64,000 nucleotides of DNA, taken from contig JBGPQV010000011.1 of the NCBI GenBank assembly GCA_041489255.1, positions 1-64,000 on the forward strand, written 5' to 3'. The position numbers and the translations under genes were made by a program. The stretch comes from Thermoplasmata archaeon (lineage in GTDB: Archaea; Thermoplasmatota; Thermoplasmata; RBG-16-68-12; JAFNFQ01). Positions 19,844 to 29,257 of the stretch are shown piece after piece (position 1 is the stretch's first letter; every line of letters begins with the position of its first letter). The notes under the pieces were generated by a model. The model saw only the letters and a list, made by a program, of their open reading frames with translations. It did no database searches and had not been told where the DNA came from.

Positions 19844-21093
19844 GACTTGTGCTGCCCGCCGCCGAACTTCTTCTTCGATCGCTTCAGCGCCTCGACCAGG
19901 GGCAATTCCTTCCCCGCCAGCATCGTCAGGAGCGCGCCTCCGCCAGTGCTCACGTGGTCTATCCTGTCGCCTATGCCGAGTTGATCGACCGCCGCAATCG
20001 TGTGCCCGCCGCCCACGACGCTGAACGCCTCCGACTCGGCCACCGCGTTGAACAGCTCGCGAGTGCCGAGAGCGAACTCCTCCTCCTCGAAGATGCCGGC
20101 CGGGCCGTTCACGATGACGTTCTTGGCCGCCGCGATCTCCTGCCTGTATGCGACTATCGTGTCGAGGCCGATGTCCGAGATGAGGTGCGGTGAGGGGAGC
20201 TCAGTCACCTGGATGTTCTTCCGCGAGCCGTCAGCGTTGACCGCCACATCGGTCGGCACGAGAATCCGGCTCCTATAGGCAAGCAGGAGCTCTTTGCATT
20301 GCTTCACGTAGTCGTCGTATTCCTCGATCTCCTTCCTCAGGAGCTCGACGCTGGGCTTGCCCAGCTCGATGCCCTTTGCCGCGAGGAACATGTTCGCGAC
20401 GCCGCCCGTCGTGAGGACCTTGTCGACGACGTTCCCTGCGAGCATGTTCTTGGCTACCGCAATCGAGTCGTCGGCCTTTATCCCGCCGAGTATCACGATC
20501 TTCGGCCTCTCGGCGCTCGTCAGCGCCCGGCCGACCATCACTAGCTCCTTCTCCATCACCCTGCCGGCTATCACAGGCATGACGTCGGCAAAGCCCACGA
20601 GAGACGGCTGGGCCCTGTGCGCGGCGGCGAAGGCGTCGAGGACGAAGTACTTCGCGACAGAGGACAGCCGCTTGACCATGTGCGACTTCGCCATCTTCTC
20701 TATCTTCGCGTCGGCCAGCGCGTCCTCCTCCGCGTAGAACCTCGTGTTCTCCAGAAGAATGATCTCGCCCTCGGCGAGGCCCCTTATCGCCTCCAAGGCC
20801 GTGTTGTTGAAGAGCCCGTCGATGTACCTGACCTGCTTGCCGAGCAGCTGAGACAGCCTTATGGCGTGCTGCTCCATCGTGGTGAAGTCGTCCTTCCCCG
20901 GCCTCGACTGGTGCGCGAGGATCGCGACCCTTGACCTGTGCAGGTCGCGGATGGTCACCATGTGCTCCCGCAACCTTGCGTCGTTCAGCAGCTCCCAGGT
21001 CGCAGGGTTGACTGGTGAATTGATGTCGACTCGGAGCAGGACCGTCTTACCTGCCAGGTCGAAATCGTCCAGCGTGAAGAAGTCCTTGGTCAT
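19840..21093 (-). CDS. pgk: Phosphoglycerate kinase
   Basis: RVDINSP, AHQSRP, LLENTRF, GGGHT and STGGGA motifs. Confidence 0.97.
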   Translation of the reverse strand: MTKDFFTLDDFDLAGKTVLLRVDINSPVNPATWELLNDARLREHMVTIRDLHRSRVAILAHQSRPGKDDFTTMEQHAIRLSQLLGKQVRYIDGLFNNTALEAIRGLAEGEIILLENTRFYAEEDALADAKIEKMAKSHMVKRLSSVAKYFVLDAFAAAHRAQPSLVGFADVMPVIAGRVMEKELVMVGRALTSAERPKIVILGGIKADDSIAVAKNMLAGNVVDKVLTTGGVANMFLAAKGIELGKPSVELLRKEIEEYDDYVKQCKELLLAYRSRILVPTDVAVNADGSRKNIQVTELPSPHLISDIGLDTIVAYRQEIAAAKNVIVNGPAGIFEEEEFALGTRELFNAVAESEAFSVVGGGHTIAAVDQLGIGDRIDHVSTGGGALLTMLAGKELPLVEALKRSKKKFGGGQHKS

Positions 21094-21342
21094 GGGCGGA
21101 TTTGGCAAAAGGATGAATGCTAATATTGTTTGCGGTCGGCCCGCACCGCTTCGGGACGAAGCGTTTATGACATGCGTGCGATTCTCGCGCAAGGTCCGGG
21201 AAAGACCCCGTCGGCATTGTTTTTCCTTTTCCAGCCACGGAATCCAGGAAAAGGGCCAGAGCACATGGTGCCAAGGCGGATGCTGGGGCGGCGACCGGGA
21301 GAATTAGGACGCCCCGCCATCCGTGATTTAGAGGGGCGGTCG

Positions 21343-22005
21343 ATGAGCGAGAATTACCTGACGGAGGAGAACTTGGTGGAGAAGGCGAGGGAATGGCTCA
21401 GCGTTTCCTCCCGCCAAGAAAGCCGACGAAAGCGGTTTGAGTTCAATGTCAATTCGGCCGCACTGCTCGTGCTGGACATGCAGAACTACTTCATGGACCC
21501 GGAGTCTCATGCCCATGTCCCATCGGGTCACGCCGTCCTCCCGAACATCAGGAGTCTGATCGGCTTCTTCCGGAGCGCGGGGCGCCCGGTGATTTTCACC
21601 CGCCACAGTCTCGAATCAGGCGAGGATCCCGGGATCATGGGGCGGTGGTGGCGCGACAATGTGCGCGAGGACTCCTCAGAGTCTGCCATCATCGAATCGC
21701 TTGATGTCAAGGATTCCGACGCCGTCATCCGCAAGACAAGGTACAGCGCATTCGTCGGGACTGACCTGGAGAGAATGCTGAAGTCGAAAGGCGTGGAGAG
21801 TCTCGTCATCGCCGGATTGACGACGCATCTCTGCTGCGATAGTACAGCGCGAGATGCTTTCATGAAGGACTTCGCCGTCTTTTTCGTTGTCGACGCGACA
21901 GCGACATGGACCGAGGATCTCCACGTGTCCAGCCTGAAGGCCTTGTCCGATGGATTCGTGATCCCGGTCACGACGAAAGACATGCTGGATGGACCGAGGG
22001 ATTGA
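21343..22005 (+). CDS. Isochorismatase-family cysteine hydrolase
   Basis: LDMQNYF, IRKTRYSAF and THLCCDSTARDA; Asp-Lys-Cys triad intact. Confidence 0.92.
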   Translation: MSENYLTEENLVEKAREWLSVSSRQESRRKRFEFNVNSAALLVLDMQNYFMDPESHAHVPSGHAVLPNIRSLIGFFRSAGRPVIFTRHSLESGEDPGIMGRWWRDNVREDSSESAIIESLDVKDSDAVIRKTRYSAFVGTDLERMLKSKGVESLVIAGLTTHLCCDSTARDAFMKDFAVFFVVDATATWTEDLHVSSLKALSDGFVIPVTTKDMLDGPRD

Positions 22006-22929
22006 ATGGACCGCAAAGTGCACAGGGTCGCAATAATCGGTGCGGGACCGGCTGGCATCGCTGCCGCCATCTATCTGAAGAGGGCGGGAATCAATCCGCT
22101 CCTCCTCGAACGGAAGAAGGTTGGCGGGCTGCTGGCCAATGCGAACTTGGTTGAGAATTACCCCGGCTTCCCGGACGGGATCTGCGGCGGGGATCTGGCC
22201 TCTTTGTTCAATGCCCAACTGAGGAAGTGGAAAATCCATGTCACCAAGGCGGACGTGAGGCGAGTCTCACGAGAATTGGGCCTCTTCCAGATCTTCGCCG
22301 GAGGCAGCAGGTACGTCTCACGATTCTTGATCCTGGCCACGGGGACGCAGCCCACGCGCATCGCTCTGCCCGGCCTCGACAAGATTTCCAAGGAGAAGGT
22401 CCTCTGCGAGATTGCCGATGCACCCAATGATATGAAGGGAAAGGAGTTCCTTATCATCGGCGGCGGGGACGCGGCGTTCGATTACGCTCTGAATGTCGCA
22501 CGGAGAGGCGGTTCTGCGGACTTGATAATCAGAAACTCCAGCCCCACATGCATCCCCCTCCTTCTGCGGCGGGCAAATAAGCGGATGACAATCAGGATGT
22601 CGCTCAGAACGGTCCCCGTCTCGGTCATTGAAACGCGCCGACAGATCGAGCTGACGTGCCGGCGGGGAGGGCGCGAGGAGATCCATGACGGCGATTACCT
22701 GCTGATAGCTTGCGGCAGGGAGGCCAATCTCCGTCTGCTGTCGCCCAAGCTTCGTTCCGAGGCCGCAGCCGGGATGGATGGCCCCGGACTTTCGAATATG
22801 CATCTTGCCGGTGATGTGAAGAGGGGGCTGCACAGGCAGGTCGGCATCGCAGTCGGCGACGGGATAGCCGCTGCCATGCAGTTCGCGAGGCTTTTGGGGA
22901 AGGAGGCTTGGGATGAAGATAATCGGTGA
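22006..22929 (+). CDS. TrxR-like NAD(P)/FAD-dependent oxidoreductase lacking CxxC
   Basis: GAGPAG, ENYPG, ATG, GGGDAA and AGDV motifs; VLCEIAD in place of CxxC. Confidence 0.88.
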   Translation: MDRKVHRVAIIGAGPAGIAAAIYLKRAGINPLLLERKKVGGLLANANLVENYPGFPDGICGGDLASLFNAQLRKWKIHVTKADVRRVSRELGLFQIFAGGSRYVSRFLILATGTQPTRIALPGLDKISKEKVLCEIADAPNDMKGKEFLIIGGGDAAFDYALNVARRGGSADLIIRNSSPTCIPLLLRRANKRMTIRMSLRTVPVSVIETRRQIELTCRRGGREEIHDGDYLLIACGREANLRLLSPKLRSEAAAGMDGPGLSNMHLAGDVKRGLHRQVGIAVGDGIAAAMQFARLLGKEAWDEDNR

Positions 22930-23866
22930 GTTCGGACGGGAGGATATCGCGAAGCTGTACGTGGCCTCCATGAGAGACGGCGGGAACCACGTGGTTGAGT
23001 TCGTGGAATCCCTGCAGCCGCCAATCCCCCGCGACAGGAAGTGGGTCCTGATCGTCTCTTCCTCTTTCGGCTGTCCGATGGACTGTCTCATGTGCGATGC
23101 TGGCGGGAAATATTACGGGAAGCTGGAGACGGATGAGATACTCGCTCAGGTGGATCACATGGTGCTCCGGCGGTTCCCGGACGGACAGATCCCATCCGAG
23201 AAGTTCAAGATCCAGTTCGCAAGGATGGGTGAGCCCTCGTTCAACCCGAACGTACTCGACGCGCTCTCCGCAATCGCGGGGAGATATCACGCCCCTGGAC
23301 TCATGGCCTGCGTTTCCACGATCGCGCCTGAGGGCTCTGGCGGTTTCTTCGAGAAGCTTGCGGGCATCAAGAGGAGCCTGTACCCTGACGGGAGATTCCA
23401 GCTGCAGTTCTCGATTCATACCACGGACGATGAGAAAAGAGACTGGCTGCTTCCCGGCAGGAAGTGGGGCCTCGAGAGAATCGCGAGATTCGGGGATTGC
23501 TACCATGAAGAAGGTGACAGGAAGATCACTCTCAACTTCGCGCTGACCCGAGGACTGCCAGTGGATCCAGGAGTCATCGCCGCGCATTTCGACCCCGACA
23601 AGTTCGCCGTCAAGCTGACCCCGCTCAACCCCACCGCCAAGGCGATGAAGAACGGGTTGACATCCGCGCTGAATCCGCTCGAGCCTTCGACCGGAGCTGA
23701 ACTCGCGAAGTCCTTCAACAACCTCGGCTTCGAGACGATCCTCAGCATAGGCGAACTCGAAGAGAACAAGATAGGCAGCAACTGCGGTCAGTTCGTCAGC
23801 ATGGTCGACGATCGAGGCGTAAAGGTGAACGAGGGCTACGAGACGGCGAAGTACCGCCTCGCGTAA
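22913..23866 (+). CDS. RlmN/Cfr-like radical SAM protein
   Basis: GCPMDCLMC (CxxxCxxC), RMGEP, FSIH and C-terminal SNCGQ. Confidence 0.88.
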   Translation: MKIIGEFGREDIAKLYVASMRDGGNHVVEFVESLQPPIPRDRKWVLIVSSSFGCPMDCLMCDAGGKYYGKLETDEILAQVDHMVLRRFPDGQIPSEKFKIQFARMGEPSFNPNVLDALSAIAGRYHAPGLMACVSTIAPEGSGGFFEKLAGIKRSLYPDGRFQLQFSIHTTDDEKRDWLLPGRKWGLERIARFGDCYHEEGDRKITLNFALTRGLPVDPGVIAAHFDPDKFAVKLTPLNPTAKAMKNGLTSALNPLEPSTGAELAKSFNNLGFETILSIGELEENKIGSNCGQFVSMVDDRGVKVNEGYETAKYRLA

Positions 23867-25556
23867 TCCGATCTCGGATTGCGCGCTCCTGCAGGTCCCT
23901 CTTCAGCACTTTGCCGACTGGCGTCTTCGGCAGGGCCGGCACGAAGATGTAGGCCATCGGCCTTTTCCAGACGGCGACCCGCCCATCGGTGAAGGCGATG
24001 ACTTCGTCACCAGCATCCTCTGACCCTTTTCTCAGCACGACGAAGGCAATCGGAACGTTCCCGCGCAGATCGTCCGGGATGCCGACCACCGCACATTCCT
24101 CCACCGCAGGGTGCTCCAAGATAGTCTTCTCAATTTCCCGGGGATAGACCTTCAGGCCGCCGCAGATCAGCATGTCCTTCTTCCTATCGACTATGTGGAA
24201 ATACCCGTCATTGTCCATCAGAGCGATGTCCCCCGTGAGGAGGAAAAGGCCGCGCATGACCACTGCGGTCTCGTCAGGCTTGTTGAAATATCCTTTCATG
24301 ACCTGCGGTCCGCTGACGGCCAGCTCGCCGACCTCTCCGACGGGCATCTCGGCGAGACCGGTCTCGATGTCCACGATCTTGGCATCGGTGTCCGGGTATG
24401 GGATGCCTATGCAGTCCTTCGCGAGACCGAAGAAAGGGTTGCAGTGAGTCACCGGCGAGGCCTCGGTAAGCCCATATCCCTCGACCAAATGTGCACCCGT
24501 GGCCTCCTCGAACTTCCTCCTGACATCCGGCGGGAGCGGTGCGGAGCCGGATATGCAGACGCGGATCGAGCTGATTTCGTGTTTGCACGCCTCCGGATCC
24601 CTGACTATGGCCGCGAATTGGGCGGGGACTCCCGGGAATATCGTTGCCTTTGTCGCGTGGGCGAGCTCACTCGTGGTGACGCTCACCGTATGGTTCAACC
24701 GCATGACCATCGCGGCCGCCAGCCGAATCGGGGCCAGCATCGCCGTCGTCAGGCCGTATGAGTGCGAGAACGGAACGAGGGAAAGGAAGACCTCCTTCCC
24801 CGGCTTCGCGTCCGGAAGCCAAGCGGCGGTCTGGCAAGCGTTCGCCATCAGGTTCGCATGAGTGAGCATCGCGCACTTGGGCGTGCCCGTCGTGCCCCCG
24901 GTGAACTGCAGCACCGCGACATCGTCGTGCGTCACGCCGACGTTCCTCGGATGGCGGGGGGAGTCGAGCGTCATCTCTTCAAAGCTGTGCATCCACGGTT
25001 CCTTCGGGACGACAACCTTCGCTCCCCCTCCCAGTCTCTCCCCGAGCGTCTTCTTCCTTAGCTGGAACAGCGGCCGCTCCATCGGCTGCAACCATTCCGC
25101 CGCATCGGTCATCACGATGTTGCCCAAGCGCGTATCGTCCTTGATCCTCAAGACCTTGCCCAGCAGGAAATCGAGGATCACCACGGTCTCCGTGCCCGTG
25201 TCGTTGTAGAGAGTCGCGAGTTCGCTCTGGCTCTGCATCGGGTCGGCCTGAACGATGATTCCGCCCGCCCTGAGAACGCCGAGGTACGTCATGACGGCTT
25301 GAGGGCAGTTCGTCATCAGCGGGGATACCTTATCGCCCCTCGCTACGCCAATCGCCTGGAGTCCCGCCGCGAAGGTGTCGACCATCGAATCGAACTGCCC
25401 GTAGGTGATGATCCGTCCGTTGAAGTTGGTCGCCGGACTCTCGGGGAAGTCCCCTGCGGCATCTCGGATCAGGGTGTCCAGGGTCGTTTTCGGATACTCA
25501 AGGCTGCGAGGAACACCTTCGGGCCAATGCTTGAACCACGGCCGCTCCGGCATCAT
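23796..25556 (-). CDS. Long-chain fatty acid--CoA ligase
   Basis: FTGGTTGTPK, EGYGLTE, TGD, DRKKD and PKTPVGK AMP-binding motifs. Confidence 0.93.
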   Translation of the reverse strand: MMPERPWFKHWPEGVPRSLEYPKTTLDTLIRDAAGDFPESPATNFNGRIITYGQFDSMVDTFAAGLQAIGVARGDKVSPLMTNCPQAVMTYLGVLRAGGIIVQADPMQSQSELATLYNDTGTETVVILDFLLGKVLRIKDDTRLGNIVMTDAAEWLQPMERPLFQLRKKTLGERLGGGAKVVVPKEPWMHSFEEMTLDSPRHPRNVGVTHDDVAVLQFTGGTTGTPKCAMLTHANLMANACQTAAWLPDAKPGKEVFLSLVPFSHSYGLTTAMLAPIRLAAAMVMRLNHTVSVTTSELAHATKATIFPGVPAQFAAIVRDPEACKHEISSIRVCISGSAPLPPDVRRKFEEATGAHLVEGYGLTEASPVTHCNPFFGLAKDCIGIPYPDTDAKIVDIETGLAEMPVGEVGELAVSGPQVMKGYFNKPDETAVVMRGLFLLTGDIALMDNDGYFHIVDRKKDMLICGGLKVYPREIEKTILEHPAVEECAVVGIPDDLRGNVPIAFVVLRKGSEDAGDEVIAFTDGRVAVWKRPMAYIFVPALPKTPVGKVLKRDLQERAIRDRITRGGTSPSRSPRSPLRLDRRPC

Positions 25557-25649
25557 TCTGTCTTTGGCGGTAGCCCAACTCTCCCTGATAAAGATGAGCG
25601 AGGAAGTTTTAAACGATGACCGAGCGCTCGCTCTCCGGGGTCAGACAGA

Positions 25650-26366
25650 TTGCGTAAAGATGTCATCACGAGCATGGACGGGCATGTGGCAGTACTCACG
25701 CTGAATCGCCCTCCCGCCAATCTGGTCAACAGGGAGCTACTCGCCGCGCTGGGGAAGGCGGTGGCAGGAGCCGTCGATGATCCCGATGTGCGTGTCATCG
25801 TGGCTATCGGCTGCGACAAGGTCTTCTCGGAGGGGCTGGACCTCGATTCATTCCTGGCGCTCGACGAAGATGGCAAGCGTGAACTGGTCCGGCTCGGGCG
25901 GGATGTCATGCGATCGCTGGAGCAGGCGCCAAAGCCGACAATCGCCGCCGTGGCGGGAAAGGCCCTAGGGGCAGGACTGGAGGTCGCCCTTGCGTGCGAC
26001 ATGCGCCTCGCGTCCGAGGACGCGCAGCTCGGCCACCCCGAGGTCTCACAGGGGCTGACACCTCTCTTCGGCGGCACTAATCGGTTGGAGCGGCTCATCG
26101 GAATGTCGCGATCGCGCTCACTGATATTCACTGGCGAACCAATCCCCGCCTGGGAGGCGCTCGAGATGGGGCTCATCGGCAAGGTCGTGCCCCGCGGAGC
26201 CCTCCTGGAAGAGGCTCGAATCGCCGCCGCCAGAATCGCCAGCCAGCCCAACGATGCGGTGCAGGCTGCGAAGAGAATGATGTTGAGAGCAGAAGAGAAG
26301 GAGCGCGAGGAATCCGTCGATGATGTCGTGAAATCGATTTCGAGACTGTGCGGATTGAAGAAGTGA
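25650..26366 (+). CDS. Enoyl-CoA hydratase/isomerase family protein
   Basis: LNRPPAN, ALGAGLEVALACD and PEVSQG. Confidence 0.9.
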   Translation: MRKDVITSMDGHVAVLTLNRPPANLVNRELLAALGKAVAGAVDDPDVRVIVAIGCDKVFSEGLDLDSFLALDEDGKRELVRLGRDVMRSLEQAPKPTIAAVAGKALGAGLEVALACDMRLASEDAQLGHPEVSQGLTPLFGGTNRLERLIGMSRSRSLIFTGEPIPAWEALEMGLIGKVVPRGALLEEARIAAARIASQPNDAVQAAKRMMLRAEEKEREESVDDVVKSISRLCGLKK

Positions 26367-26476
26367 ATCAGGACTGGCGCACTTTCCGAATCGAGAATGA
26401 TAATCGTATCGTTCCCTTATTATGTCCCGCCTTCGTTGTATTGTGCGTGAAGAAGGCTGAAAGGCTAATCACTTTC

Positions 26477-26737
26477 ATGATTATCAATGGACCACCGGTC
26501 GAACTCCCAATCGAACTATCGACCACCCTCAGGAGGAAAGGCTGGCAGGCGCTCCGCCCTGGACAGATCTACGCCTTGTTCTGGGACTCGATCCTCACTG
26601 TCGACCAGGCAAATGCCGATAAGCTCATGGAGCGCGTGATGGAGATTCACAGGGTCGCGACCCAGTTTGGCATCAACCACATGTTCAAGACGGTGAAGAC
26701 GTCATCTGCGGACGCGAGGTATCCCGAGATCCTCTGA
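26477..26737 (+). CDS. Small hypothetical protein
   Basis: ATG at 26477 within the 129-aa ORF; fills the intergenic gap with protein-like composition. Confidence 0.55.
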   Translation: MIINGPPVELPIELSTTLRRKGWQALRPGQIYALFWDSILTVDQANADKLMERVMEIHRVATQFGINHMFKTVKTSSADARYPEIL

Positions 26738-26776
26738 CAGCAGCGCTGTCTCCCCGATGAAATAGGCCGATATCCC

Positions 26777-27886
26777 TCACAGCGGGAACTGCTCGCTCGC
26801 CTCTCCCTTGTGTTTCCCGGCGCGCGCCCTGGTTTCCTCCATCTGTTCCCTGAGGTTCCACGGCATTTCCGCATAGACGTCCGTGAACATCGACTCGATT
26901 GGCGGTTTCGGGGCGGCCTCCTGCTCCTTGATGGCCGCGTTGAACTCCTCCTCTATCTGCTTGCGGATCTCCGCCTCCCACTTCTCATCCCACAGGCCTT
27001 TCGCCCGCAGGTAGAGCCTGAGGCGGGTGATCGGATCCCGCTTCCTCCACTCCTCCACTTCTTTGGCGTCGCGGTACCTCGTGGGATCGTCCGATGACGA
27101 GTGCGGCCCCATGCGGTAGGTGACCGCCTCTATCAGTGTCGGCCCCTTCCCCGCCCTCGCGTTCTCCACCGCGTGCTTCGTCGAGGTGTAGACGGCCAGG
27201 ACGTCGTTTCCGTCGATCCTCACGCCCTCGAACCCGTAGGCCATGGCCTTCATCGCCACGCTCGGCGAGGCGGTCTGCCTGGTGAAAGGCAGCGAGATCG
27301 CCCACTGGTTGTTCTTGCAAAGGAAGATGCAGGGTGCGTTGAACACGCCGGCGAAGTTCATCGCGACGTGGAAATCACCCGTGCTGGTCGCGCCGTCGCC
27401 GAAGTAGACCAGGGCCACGTTCCTCTCCTTCCTCATGCCCATCGCCATGGCCGCACCCACTGCCATCGGGATCTGGGTGGCAACGGGGCTGCTCGGGGTG
27501 ACGAGGTTCGCGTCCCTGTCGCCGAGGTGGCTGGGCATCTGCCTGCCCTTGCTCGTGTCGATTGCGTTGCCGTAGATCTGGGCGACGATCTTCTTCAACG
27601 GCATGCCACGGACCAGCGCAGCGCCCGGCTCCCTGTACGCGGGGAAAACCCAATCGTCCTTCTCGAGGACCCACGCGCTCCCGACCTGGAGCGCCTCCTC
27701 GCCGGTCGATGGCACGTAGAAACCGACTCGCCCCTGCCTCTGCAGCACGAGCATGCGGTCGTCCAGCATCCTCACCTTGACCAGGGTGCTGTACATCTTC
27801 CTGAGCTCGTCACCGGAGAGCTTCGGCTCGAACCTCTCGTCGAACCTGCCGTCGCTGCTGACGATCCTGAACAGGTTATCGTACAT
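26777..27886 (-). CDS. pdhA: Pyruvate/2-oxoacid dehydrogenase E1 alpha subunit
   Basis: LQRQGR, YFGDGATS...NNQWAIS TPP motif, HSSSDD. Confidence 0.93.
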   Translation of the reverse strand: MYDNLFRIVSSDGRFDERFEPKLSGDELRKMYSTLVKVRMLDDRMLVLQRQGRVGFYVPSTGEEALQVGSAWVLEKDDWVFPAYREPGAALVRGMPLKKIVAQIYGNAIDTSKGRQMPSHLGDRDANLVTPSSPVATQIPMAVGAAMAMGMRKERNVALVYFGDGATSTGDFHVAMNFAGVFNAPCIFLCKNNQWAISLPFTRQTASPSVAMKAMAYGFEGVRIDGNDVLAVYTSTKHAVENARAGKGPTLIEAVTYRMGPHSSSDDPTRYRDAKEVEEWRKRDPITRLRLYLRAKGLWDEKWEAEIRKQIEEEFNAAIKEQEAAPKPPIESMFTDVYAEMPWNLREQMEETRARAGKHKGEASEQFPL

Positions 27887-28775
27887 CGGCCATCATCTCC
27901 CTCTTGCGCCGGGTCAGTGCCTCGATGAAGAACTCGCCGGCTCTATAAGAACTCCTCACCAACGGGCCAGAGGCCGTGTACAGGAAACCACGCTCCTGCG
28001 CTAGCCCGCGGTATCTCTCGAACTTCTCTGGCGGGACAAACTCTGAAACGGGCAGATGCCACTCGCTCGGCCTCAGGTACTGGCCGATTGTCAGCATGTC
28101 AACGCCGGCCTCGCGAAGGTCACTGAAGGACTTGAAGACCTCCTCCTCGGCCTCCCCGAGCCCGAGCATGATCGAGGACTTCGTGTAGATGTTCGGGTTC
28201 ATGCGCTTGACCGCCTTGAGGACGGACAGTGATTGGCGGTAGGTCGACCTCCTGTCCCTGACATTCGGTGTGAGCCTCTCCACGGTCTCGATGTTGTGGC
28301 CGATCACGTCGGGGCCCGCCTCGACCACCTTGCTGAGTGCCTTCTCATCGGCACTGAAATCCGGGATGAGGGCCTCGATGATGATGCCCGGACTTGTCTC
28401 CTTGATCGCGGAGATCGTCTTCGCGTAATGTCCCGCCCCGCCATCCCGCAGGTCGTCCCTGTCAACGGAAGTGAGGACCGCGTACTTGATGTCAAGATTG
28501 CCCAAAGCCGCCGCGACTTTCTGCGGCTCGCCCGGATCGAACATGCCACGAGGGTCACCGCTCTTCACCGCGCAGAACCTGCAGCCCCGCGTGCAGACAT
28601 CGCCGAGTATCATGATGGTGGCGGTGCCGCCGCCCCAGCACTCCGCGGAGTTGGGGCACTGGGCCTCCTCGCACACAGTGTGGAGCTGCAGCCCCCTGAG
28701 AAGGTTCTTGACCTTGACGTAGGTCTCGCCGCTCGGGGCTCTCACCCTCAGCCATTCAGGTTTTTGCGCTGACAT
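27876..28775 (-). CDS. lipA: Lipoyl synthase
   Basis: CEEAQCPNSAEC, CTRGCRFC and RSSY motifs. Confidence 0.97.
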   Translation of the reverse strand: MSAQKPEWLRVRAPSGETYVKVKNLLRGLQLHTVCEEAQCPNSAECWGGGTATIMILGDVCTRGCRFCAVKSGDPRGMFDPGEPQKVAAALGNLDIKYAVLTSVDRDDLRDGGAGHYAKTISAIKETSPGIIIEALIPDFSADEKALSKVVEAGPDVIGHNIETVERLTPNVRDRRSTYRQSLSVLKAVKRMNPNIYTKSSIMLGLGEAEEEVFKSFSDLREAGVDMLTIGQYLRPSEWHLPVSEFVPPEKFERYRGLAQERGFLYTASGPLVRSSYRAGEFFIEALTRRKREMMADVR

Positions 28776-28860
28776 TGAATAGCCGAGAAAAGGTCGACCC
28801 CCTTTATTTACATTGACGCTTGCCGGAGATTCCTTCGGGAGGAGGAAGGGGCGGGTCAGA

Positions 28861-29175
28861 CTAGCCGTACTTGTATTCCACGCCATAGCCGCCGCGCGGA
28901 TAGTCCCAGGCGATCGCCTTGTTGCCCAGGCTGCGGCAGACGACTATGCAGGCGCCTAGCTCCATGCACCCCTCTATGTTGTAGACCAGCTCCTCGCCCT
29001 CGAGGCGGTAGACCTGGGCCGGGCACACGTACAGACACGGCTTGCCCCTGCAATCCTTGCAGAGCTTCGTGTCGACGGTGATGAAAGGCTCCTCATCGTG
29101 GTCGAACGTGTCCAGGATGAGCTTGTCGTCCGGCGTGGCGGGCTTCTCGAAGGGCATCGAGGGCTTCTCGGTCAT
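28861..29175 (-). CDS. FixX-like ferredoxin
   Basis: CKDCRGKPCLYVCPA...CMELGAC and WDYPRGGYGVEYKYG terminus. Confidence 0.85.
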   Translation of the reverse strand: MTEKPSMPFEKPATPDDKLILDTFDHDEEPFITVDTKLCKDCRGKPCLYVCPAQVYRLEGEELVYNIEGCMELGACIVVCRSLGNKAIAWDYPRGGYGVEYKYG

Positions 29176-29257
29176 CCGAGTTGCGATAGAGGCGCTCCAT
29201 ATTTAAGATGTCCGCGAGAGGTTTGCTCGATGAGAACGAGCCTTGGGTGCGGCCGTG

